A stretch of DNA of 34,403 nucleotides, taken from contig CAZFMA010000038.1 of the NCBI GenBank assembly GCA_964520015.1, positions 1-34,403 on the forward strand, written 5' to 3'. Below the pieces are notes generated by a model, which saw nothing but the letters and a program-made list of their open reading frames with translations, had not been told where the DNA came from and searched no databases. Position 1 is the first letter of the stretch. Each line of letters starts with the position of its first letter. This document shows positions 17,232-23,853 of the stretch, one piece after another. Position numbers and translations under genes: made by a program. Source of the DNA: an uncultured Candidatus Saccharibacteria bacterium (lineage in GTDB: Bacteria > Patescibacteriota > Minisyncoccia > Phycocordibacterales > UBA2100).

Positions 17232-18374
17232 CTACCGCCACTCCTTGAGAGCATCCATTTTGATCTTGATTGCAGCACCGATGACGAGGAGCATGAGAGC
17301 AAACAATGCGAGACCTCCAATGAACGGAATAAGTCCGATTAGAAAATACAGAACCACCCCGAGCAAAATAGTTTTCCACGAGATTTCATACTGTGCGGGC
17401 TTGAATATCCATTTGTGGACGATGCTCCCGAGTACAATCGGAGAAGCGAGACACACCGCGATCATCGCAGCTGCGAAGGCAAGAAGTCCGATCGCTCCGA
17501 GAGGAATCCCGACGACCGTAAAGAGAAGCGCGACAGAGACGATAGGCGTAACGATGAGAAAGATAAGCCCTCTTCCCATCAAAGCCCACGGTTTTGCAGC
17601 AGCCACGGTGACCAATTCATTCGAGAATCGGCGGAACATGAGCCACAGGGCAAACGCACCGACGAGTATCATGAGGAATTTACTGAGGAACAGGAAGGAG
17701 GCAAGGGCGAGAAGGCCCGCTTTGGCGGCACTGCGGACATCAGGCTGTTCTGTATACGTCGTCTCACCGCGGACTATGGCGCCTTCTTCCATCGTCACCG
17801 GCTTCGTTGCGCTATAGATGAAATTACCATTGATGACTGCCTTCGGGCCGAGCGTCACTTCCTCTGCATGAATTTCAACATTGCCAGTTATCACCGAATT
17901 GATGCGCACCTGTCCTCCCGCGATCTTCACATCCCCTCCTACGGGCGCGTCCATGCGCACCATGCCTCCCCCGATCGTGACATCTCCTCCGATGCGCGGA
18001 CCACCCACATTCACTTGCCCACCACCAACGAGGACATCACCGACAACCGCTCCTTGGATCAAGATATTCCCACCTGCCGCGCGCACATCATCTCCAACGT
18101 TTCCGAGAATTGTTATATTTCCTCCCGCAACCATGAGATCGGCAGTAACCGGACCATTTATGATGAGTGTGCCACCGGTAGCAACGAGGTCCCCCCGTAC
18201 TGTGCCGTCACTTGTCACATTCCCACCTGCCATGTACAAATCATCTGTAATCGTCTCTCCCAATGGAAACGACGGCTGGTCTCCGGTTCTGAATTCAGCG
18301 GCACTAGAAATAAGCGGCACGCACACCAATCCCAATGCCATGAGTAAAACCGGCACACGCAAGGTGTTTTTCAT
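17232..18374 (-). CDS. Membrane protein with bactofilin-like (polymer-forming cytoskeletal, DUF583-type) beta-helical repeats and a polytopic C-terminal anchor
   Basis: At least seven roughly 15-18-aa repeats of the form GG-x-[VI]-x-[IV]-x-G-x-V-x-GD[VL], followed by about five hydrophobic helices. I prefer the ATG at 18374 (MKNTLRVPVLLMALGLV, signal-like) over the start at 18440. Confidence 0.75.
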   Translation of the reverse strand: MKNTLRVPVLLMALGLVCVPLISSAAEFRTGDQPSFPLGETITDDLYMAGGNVTSDGTVRGDLVATGGTLIINGPVTADLMVAGGNITILGNVGDDVRAAGGNILIQGAVVGDVLVGGGQVNVGGPRIGGDVTIGGGMVRMDAPVGGDVKIAGGQVRINSVITGNVEIHAEEVTLGPKAVINGNFIYSATKPVTMEEGAIVRGETTYTEQPDVRSAAKAGLLALASFLFLSKFLMILVGAFALWLMFRRFSNELVTVAAAKPWALMGRGLIFLIVTPIVSVALLFTVVGIPLGAIGLLAFAAAMIAVCLASPIVLGSIVHKWIFKPAQYEISWKTILLGVVLYFLIGLIPFIGGLALFALMLLVIGAAIKIKMDALKEWR

Positions 18375-18497
18375 ATACGTGGAGTATACACCGTAGTAGA
18401 TTTTGGCAATAGTTTCTTCCTGCGCTTCGCGCGTTGCCAAAATTCACTACAGGGTATACACCCCCTACCCAAGCAAGAAAGCACTCATAAAACCGAC

Positions 18498-18656
18498 CTA
18501 GAGCATGTTTGAAAACGTTTGACCGGAGCGAGGGGGCGAGCCTCTTCGGGGTCTTCACAGCCGCGACGGCGGCGAGACCGAGCGCTGCGCGAACACGCGC
18601 AGACAGCGACCCCGAGGAGGCCCGCTCACGAAGCGAGGTTTTCAAACATGCTCTAG
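18498..18656. repeat. GC-rich 159-bp long imperfect palindrome (candidate MITE or structured RNA)
   Basis: The termini CTAGAGCATGTTTGAAAAC (18498-18516) and GTTTTCAAACATGCTCTAG (18638-18656) are perfectly complementary over 19 bp. Interior arms also pair (..CCTCTTCGGGGTC / GACCCCGAGGAGG..). There is a central CTGCGCG-AACA-CGCGCAG hairpin. Confidence 0.5.
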
Positions 18657-18690
18657 TTGTACACAATCTTAAAATGCCTAGAATAGCGGC

Positions 18691-19542
18691 ATGAATCCGC
18701 GTTTGCAGCAAAGGGTATTTCTGGTGCTTTTGGCGGCAGCTGTAACCGTGCTTACGATCGATATCACCCTTCAAACTGTTATAAAGAATGCGATGCCGGC
18801 TGCAGCCGTGGTTTCGGCAGAACAAATAGATGAGATGGCGCGGGTAGTACCTACTACTTCTACGGAGCTTTCTCAATACATAGAAATAATTGACAGTTGT
18901 GGACCCTACTTTGAAGGCACGTGTGTCAGAGTCCGCTCCGGCCCCGGCGAAGAGTACCCAGTTGTAACGCGATTGCGCACGGGCGTAATTCTGAAAACTG
19001 CAGAGCCAGTCGAGCATGGCGGACGCACCTGGTATCGAGTCGTGTTTGATGAACCGATCCGATATCCGGAGCGCGTAGGCGGAGAATGGTATGTTGCCGG
19101 CGAATACGTGCGCCCGTTCACGGACGAAGGGGTTATCGATTCTCTCGGGGAAACAAGCGCTTTAAGCACGAAGCGCATTCTTGTAGATCGCTCCGAACAA
19201 ATGCTCTATGCGTACGAGGGCGACACGCTCTTTATGCAGGTGCACATATCTTCCGGACTCGATCTCACGCCAACGCCGCGCGGCACATTCACCGTCTACA
19301 AAAAAACTCCGACACGCTACATGCAGGGACCATTGCCGGGAATTAGTGATCAATACTATGATCTCCCCGGCGTGCCGTGGAACTTATACTTCACCTATCA
19401 GGGCGGAACCATTCATGGGGCCTACTGGCACAACAGCTTTGGAGAACAGTGGTCGCACGGCTGTGTGAATCTTCCACTTGAGGAGGCGCGCGTACTCTAT
19501 CTATGGACAGATATAGGGACGTCCGTCACCGTGCGAGATTGA
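18691..19542 (+). CDS. L,D-transpeptidase (YkuD domain) with an SH3b-like N-terminal domain
   Basis: 283-aa ORF with an N-terminal anchor and an SH3-like segment (VRVRSGPGEEYPVVTRL...WYRV). The YkuD catalytic motif is HGAYWHNSFGEQWSHGCVNL. Confidence 0.9.
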   Translation: MNPRLQQRVFLVLLAAAVTVLTIDITLQTVIKNAMPAAAVVSAEQIDEMARVVPTTSTELSQYIEIIDSCGPYFEGTCVRVRSGPGEEYPVVTRLRTGVILKTAEPVEHGGRTWYRVVFDEPIRYPERVGGEWYVAGEYVRPFTDEGVIDSLGETSALSTKRILVDRSEQMLYAYEGDTLFMQVHISSGLDLTPTPRGTFTVYKKTPTRYMQGPLPGISDQYYDLPGVPWNLYFTYQGGTIHGAYWHNSFGEQWSHGCVNLPLEEARVLYLWTDIGTSVTVRD

Positions 19543-19610
19543 TCAGAATGTCATTCTGAGCGGGCTTCATGCCGCTCCGACGGCCTGCCCCGCTTTGGCG
19601 CGGAGCAGGG
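19543..19610. terminator. Cluster of hairpins between convergent genes (possible bidirectional terminator)
   Basis: Three hairpins: TCAGAAT-GTC-ATTCTGA (19543-19559), the imperfect GAGCGGGC-TTCAT-GCCGCTC, and the imperfect CCTGCCCCGC-TTTG-GCGCGGAGCAGG. No clear U-tracts are present. Confidence 0.3.
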
Positions 19611-19628
19611 TGTCTTCAGTCCCTGTGA

Positions 19629-20231
19629 TTACTGTCCGTACCAAGCTTTCAGCCAGCCGCGCATCATGTCTATTTCACGTGATTGCGATGTGATGATGTT
19701 GTCGGCAAGCTGTTTCATTTCGTCGCGCTCGGTCGATGCCTGCAACATACTCGCCATCATGATAGCCATTTCATGATGCGGGATCATTTGCTGGACGAAT
19801 TCGCGATCGAAGTCGGTTGCAGCTACGGATCTAAGGACTTCAATATCGCCTTCCATCCCACTCATGTGCATCATCCCTGCCTGCGCAGGCAGGCCCATAC
19901 CACCCTCCGGTGGCACGGAGCCGAACCACGCCTTGTACCATTTAGTCATGTCGTCTATCTCTCTCTGCTGTGCTTCGATAATTCCGTTTGCAAGGGAGAT
20001 GATCTCCGGACGCTTCGAGCGCTCCAGCGCGACCTTTGCCATCGCGATAGCTCCCTCGTGATGCGGGATCATCTGTACGATGAAGTGCTGATCGACGTTT
20101 TGACCCATCATGGAGCCATCCCCCATCATGTGATTGCCTCCTACCCCCCGATTACTTCCGCCGACCACGTACCCTACGCCGAGACCCACGATAAGTATAA
20201 TGGCTCCTATTCCAAGTATGTTTTTGTTCAT
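19629..20231 (-). CDS. DUF305 family protein (copper-associated), membrane anchored
   Basis: Two DUF305 repeats with MIPHHEGAIAMA and MIPHHEMAIMMA, plus Met-rich tracts (HMMGDGSMMGQ, AGMMHMSGMEG). I prefer the ATG at 20231 (MNKNILGIG...). Confidence 0.8.
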   Translation of the reverse strand: MNKNILGIGAIILIVGLGVGYVVGGSNRGVGGNHMMGDGSMMGQNVDQHFIVQMIPHHEGAIAMAKVALERSKRPEIISLANGIIEAQQREIDDMTKWYKAWFGSVPPEGGMGLPAQAGMMHMSGMEGDIEVLRSVAATDFDREFVQQMIPHHEMAIMMASMLQASTERDEMKQLADNIITSQSREIDMMRGWLKAWYGQ

Positions 20232-20263
20232 ACGTATAGTGTTATTTTTTAAGCTCACTCCTA

Positions 20264-20680
20264 TTACTCGTAGTGCAATTCGATCGCATCACCGTCGTTC
20301 ATCATGTAATTCTCGTACTCGGTATTTAGAACGCCATTCACCGTCATGCGCATATTCTGTCCGAACGAGCGAATGTCTTTCCCCCAATTTTTGAAGAACT
20401 GTCCGAGTATTACATCCTCTGTACGCACAAGTCCGCTTAACTCGAGGTGAATGATCGGCAGGTCATCGTGCGTGTGCATCGGCTGATGCACCGCGCCAAG
20501 TCCGATATTCTGCGGGATCTCAAGCTTTTCCCCTTTCACGTAGATTGTGAGGGTCGGATGCCAATGCAGGCCGTTGCGCGAGATAACATCGACGTTATTA
20601 CTCTCCAACGATCTCGTCCACAACGACCCACCCAGAAGGAGGGCTATGACGACACCGCCGATAATCAATATTTTTTTCAT
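20264..20680 (-). CDS. Membrane-anchored His-rich hypothetical protein
   Basis: 138-aa ORF with an N-terminal helix followed by GLHWHPTLTIYV and HQPMHTHDDLPIIHLE. It lies 5 nt upstream of the DUF305 gene. Confidence 0.7.
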   Translation of the reverse strand: MKKILIIGGVVIALLLGGSLWTRSLESNNVDVISRNGLHWHPTLTIYVKGEKLEIPQNIGLGAVHQPMHTHDDLPIIHLELSGLVRTEDVILGQFFKNWGKDIRSFGQNMRMTVNGVLNTEYENYMMNDGDAIELHYE

Positions 20681-20714
20681 ACATTCATTTCCAGATAATT
20701 TCTAATCGCACAAT

Positions 20715-21089
20715 CTAGAAACGATATGATTCCCTTCGGTTAAGTAATCCCTGCGAAAAAAGTTCCTGCAGAAGCGTCGGTCTATCGGGCGTGCGGCTTC
20801 GCGGTCGTATTCTTTCACATCTCTTCTCCGGTAACGAAAGACGCCATTGCCGCATGACAGCGAGAGCGAGCGCGGCGATCAAAAGCAGCTCCGCGAGAAT
20901 GGTCGCAAATGCTGTCTGCCAGTGACGCAGATGTTCGAGGACAGTGGAGGTACATATTGCGGTCTGTCCGGACATGAATGGACATCCGATTTCCTGATGC
21001 ATCGGGCTTGCGAGCAGGACGGGCATTCCAAGTACCGCCACAATTACAACAATTGCGAGCAAAAGAGGCGTGTACGTACGCACATTCAT
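20715..21089 (-). CDS. Small two-helix membrane protein with a Met/His/Cys motif
   Basis: 124-aa ORF. The segment between the helices is SPMHQEIGCPFMSGQTAICTSTVLEHLRHWQ. Confidence 0.6.
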   Translation of the reverse strand: MNVRTYTPLLLAIVVIVAVLGMPVLLASPMHQEIGCPFMSGQTAICTSTVLEHLRHWQTAFATILAELLLIAALALAVMRQWRLSLPEKRCERIRPRSRTPDRPTLLQELFSQGLLNRRESYRF

Positions 21090-21139
21090 GTAGTAACTCT
21101 ATACCGACGCGCCCTGAATGCAAGTTGGGGGGCGGCTGA

Positions 21140-21637
21140 TCAGATGCTAATGGGTGTATCGGCGGACGCGTCTGACGATATCTCAAACCATCCGCTGATC
21201 GGGCCTCCTAAGCGACTCGGAACGGGGGTATCCTCCGCGGCTGTGAATGTAGCATTGCCACCCTTTTCGAAGTGAAGCATGGCATGCAGTTTTTCGCCGT
21301 CGCGCGTAGCGCGAGAGAGCGTGACCGGTACATTCGAACTCTCTCCTGCCTGTAGAAGTGCGCTCGAACCGAGTATTGCGCCCGGTTCACCAACGTTGTC
21401 TTCATGGATAACAAGGTACCCCGAAGTTGCAAGATACATGAGAGATCCGGTAATACTCGTACCCGGACGCTGTTCGGAAACGACAACCATATTTTCTTCG
21501 GCTCTCATGCCGACAGTAGTCGAACTACCAATATCTTCTCCTGCAAGACGATCTTCTCTACCGGTGCCTAGGAAATAATATGCTCCTCCACCGAGGACAA
21601 CGAGCGCGATCAGCGCAGCGAGTACTTTTGTATTCAT
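21140..21637 (-). CDS. Membrane-anchored extracytoplasmic hypothetical protein
   Basis: 165-aa ORF with an N-terminal anchor (MNTKVLAALIALVVLGGGAYYF) and a beta-rich domain (SGYLVIHEDNVGEPGAILGSS...LHAMLHFEKGG). No family was recognised with confidence. Confidence 0.7.
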   Translation of the reverse strand: MNTKVLAALIALVVLGGGAYYFLGTGREDRLAGEDIGSSTTVGMRAEENMVVVSEQRPGTSITGSLMYLATSGYLVIHEDNVGEPGAILGSSALLQAGESSNVPVTLSRATRDGEKLHAMLHFEKGGNATFTAAEDTPVPSRLGGPISGWFEISSDASADTPISI

Positions 21638-21731
21638 ATTAAAAATTGATTATTAATGGACCTTAACTTTATAAGACGCACATCATGCCTACATCTTACC
21701 GCACTAACTAATGGGTCAATTTTGACATAGA

Positions 21732-22262
21732 CTAAAGGTTTTTCAAAACATAATCCACACGTTCCTCGGGTGGAAGTACCGGCACGTGGATCACCGGGAA
21801 GGGAAGAGACTCATACACCTCGGTAAGCAGTGCGTGGATTTTCTTCTGCGCTGCTTCATCCTCGGTACGGGCATAATCAGGTGCCAAAGGAAGCGGATCC
21901 AATATAAACACTTTCTTATACGACACCTCCCGGAGCGCATTCCGAAGTTTTTCATCTTCAGGAAGATTCTGAAAACGGTAGTATGCAAGCGCATCCGGTA
22001 TCGCACGGTCGAGAAACACGATGTCATTTTTTGAAAGTTTTTTTTCTTGTTGGACCTGCATGTCGAGAACCCCCTGCTGGAATGCAACCTGGTTTGCCCG
22101 GATCTCTTCAGTGGTTTTGCCCGTAACGCGCTCTGTGTCAATGTAATGCCGCGCATGCTCGATTGTGGTTGTATATCCCCTCGCTTTCAGTATGTCGACG
22201 GTCGTCGTTTTACCGGAGCTCGGGCCTCCGGTGATGACATACCACTGTGTGCTTACACCCAT
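21732..22262 (-). CDS. AAA_28-type P-loop ATPase (NadR C-terminal-like)
   Basis: 176-aa ORF with Walker A (ITGGPSSGKTTT), Walker B-like IVFLDR, and a size and layout typical of the AAA_28 family. Confidence 0.8.
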   Translation of the reverse strand: MGVSTQWYVITGGPSSGKTTTVDILKARGYTTTIEHARHYIDTERVTGKTTEEIRANQVAFQQGVLDMQVQQEKKLSKNDIVFLDRAIPDALAYYRFQNLPEDEKLRNALREVSYKKVFILDPLPLAPDYARTEDEAAQKKIHALLTEVYESLPFPVIHVPVLPPEERVDYVLKNL

Positions 22263-22265
22263 TGT

Positions 22266-22493
22266 CTAGAAAAATGAACCTGGGTTTTCTTTCTCCATCT
22301 GTCGACGAACCAGCGTGCATATTCCGGCGCCAATGGCGACGACCTGCAAATTGAGCGCGTTCGTATAGAGCACACCCGCCGACAACCCAAGAAATGCCCC
22401 ACTCTCGCCCGCGATCCAAGCACCGACTAACGCGAGCCCGCCCACTATGCCCGCGAAGATCATCGTTGCATGCATTACTGATGAGTATTTCAT
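22266..22493 (-). CDS. Small two-helix membrane protein, paralog A
   Basis: 75-aa ORF starting MKYSSVMHATMIFAGIVGG.... It has the same architecture and N-terminal MK-S--MH pattern as the adjacent 72-aa ORF. Confidence 0.55.
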   Translation of the reverse strand: MKYSSVMHATMIFAGIVGGLALVGAWIAGESGAFLGLSAGVLYTNALNLQVVAIGAGICTLVRRQMEKENPGSFF

Positions 22494-22543
22494 ATATAGT
22501 TTGATTCCACCTTACATGTTGATAATAACAGAAGGACTCATTC

Positions 22544-22762
22544 TTAGACAATTTCTCCTTTCCTCTCAAGCATCATGTGGTGTATCGTCCCAATTTGAGT
22601 CCAAATAGCGATGAGGATGAGAATGGCGCTGCACGCAAGTGCGTCAGCTTTTGTGATGCCGAAGGTCGTCTCCGCGTTACCGAACACGGCAATGAGAAAG
22701 GTGACGACTCCGATAAGCCCGACGATAACGCTCGCAACATGCATTAATTTTGATAGTTTCAT
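22544..22762 (-). CDS. Small two-helix membrane protein, paralog B
   Basis: 72-aa ORF starting MKLSKLMHVASVIVGLIGV... and ending ...GTIHHMMLERKG. Confidence 0.55.
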   Translation of the reverse strand: MKLSKLMHVASVIVGLIGVVTFLIAVFGNAETTFGITKADALACSAILILIAIWTQIGTIHHMMLERKGEIV

Positions 22763-22781
22763 ATATTTTTATTAGTGATTA

Positions 22782-23441
22782 TTATTCTAGTGACACGTTG
22801 TTTCGACCAGGCACTCGGCCCACAGCGTTGCTTTGGAAATACCAGTACACGATGATGCTGAGAATTGCGGCGAAGAAGCACCAGACGGAAAAGAACGTCT
22901 CGGTAAAGAACCATGCCGCAATGGCAAAAGAAATAAATAGAACGACTCCAAAGATATTGATTATTTTGTGGCTCGAAACGAGGCAACTTCCGCACGTCGC
23001 TATCAAGTAGAGAGCCATTATGAGATACGCGTACAGATGTGGCGAGTGATAGGCAATGCTGTTGTTGACGATGTGTGCAGTGACCGGATCCACAAGAATG
23101 AAGAAGAGAAGGTACAACCCGACCGCTAGACCAGCAAATGAGAATAGGCGCAGAATCTTTTTCCGAGTCGGATCTGTCTCTATCATCAAAACCGAGAACG
23201 GAACGAATATCGGCCACAGCACGTGAGAAAACATCGAGTATGCGTATGTTGCTATCGTGTTCAAAACGGGAGAACCGAAAGAAAGCCATACTGCTCCCTC
23301 GATTGCTTGCTGGACTCCAAACAAAAGTGGGACGCTGGCAAATGGCAGCTCGGTCTTCGTCTTCACTTTCGCCAACGTCAAACCTCCGGCTACGCTGAGC
23401 GCCCCTCCTGCTGCAAAACTTGCTGCGGCTGAAAAACACAT
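22782..23441 (-). CDS. Polytopic membrane protein, family not recognised
   Basis: 219-aa ORF with about 6-7 hydrophobic helices. I chose it over the overlapping Arg/Ser-rich alternative frame (22759-23439). Confidence 0.7.
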   Translation of the reverse strand: MCFSAAASFAAGGALSVAGGLTLAKVKTKTELPFASVPLLFGVQQAIEGAVWLSFGSPVLNTIATYAYSMFSHVLWPIFVPFSVLMIETDPTRKKILRLFSFAGLAVGLYLLFFILVDPVTAHIVNNSIAYHSPHLYAYLIMALYLIATCGSCLVSSHKIINIFGVVLFISFAIAAWFFTETFFSVWCFFAAILSIIVYWYFQSNAVGRVPGRNNVSLE

Positions 23442-23442
23442 A

Positions 23443-23853
23443 TTATTTATTGTGTGAAAAACCCTGATAATTTTTTATCCATTCTTTCCAAAAGAAGAAA
23501 GCGAGGATTGGAAATAGAAGTGAAGTAATAAGGCCCGGGTAGTACCCTCCTGCAAGCAGTGCCTTGATTGGATGGTGGAGTTCAAAAATATACACGACAC
23601 CAATAACCGCAAGCAGGCGGAAGCGCCACTTCTCGCCCAATAGAAGTACTAAGAAGACCACCAGTAACAGCCACAACATAAGCTGAAAAGTTACAAACAT
23701 AACACCGTGTAATGGGAGTTGTGCGAAAGGCTGAAACAGATATGCGTCCCATGCGTCCACCGCGTAAAACCCCGTGAGTATCTCCTCAATCCCATGGGCA
23801 ATGAAAAGCGGAATCGAGAGAGCAAAGATAGTTTTAAGTCGAGAGGTAATCAT
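23443..23853 (-). CDS. HXXEE domain membrane protein
   Basis: Internal ATG at 23853 gives MITSRLKTIFALSIPLFIAHGIEEILTG..., which contains the H-x-x-E-E motif. The start overlaps the ATPase stop codon as ATGA. Confidence 0.7.
   Translation of the reverse strand: MITSRLKTIFALSIPLFIAHGIEEILTGFYAVDAWDAYLFQPFAQLPLHGVMFVTFQLMLWLLLVVFLVLLLGEKWRFRLLAVIGVVYIFELHHPIKALLAGGYYPGLITSLLFPILAFFFWKEWIKNYQGFSHNK

Noticed and set aside
17415-18396. Long plus-strand ORFs (310 aa and 171 aa) antisense to the beta-helix membrane gene
   Set aside because: Their products are Arg/His/Ser/Pro-rich and low in complexity. They are a by-product of the repetitive Gly/Val/Asp codons on the opposite strand, and the minus-strand product has a coherent domain architecture.
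18509-18694. 61-aa plus-strand ORF inside the GC-rich palindrome
   Set aside because: It has a TTG start, and its Ala/Arg-rich composition is explained by the GC-rich hairpin. It is most likely not coding.
18304-19017. 237-aa minus-strand ORF spanning the palindromic element and the 5' part of the L,D-transpeptidase gene
   Set aside because: It is antisense to a well-supported gene, crosses an intergenic palindrome, and has no recognisable motifs.
21642-21723. 8-bp inverted repeat AAAATTGA ... TCAATTTT in the 94-nt gap upstream of the 165-aa gene
   Set aside because: It is short and AT-rich, with no flanking duplication and no similarity to the MITE termini. It is probably chance or ordinary promoter DNA.
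22759-23439. 226-aa alternative frame overlapping the 219-aa membrane protein ORF
   Set aside because: The sequence is Arg/Ser-rich and unstructured-looking. The other frame gives a clean polytopic membrane protein.
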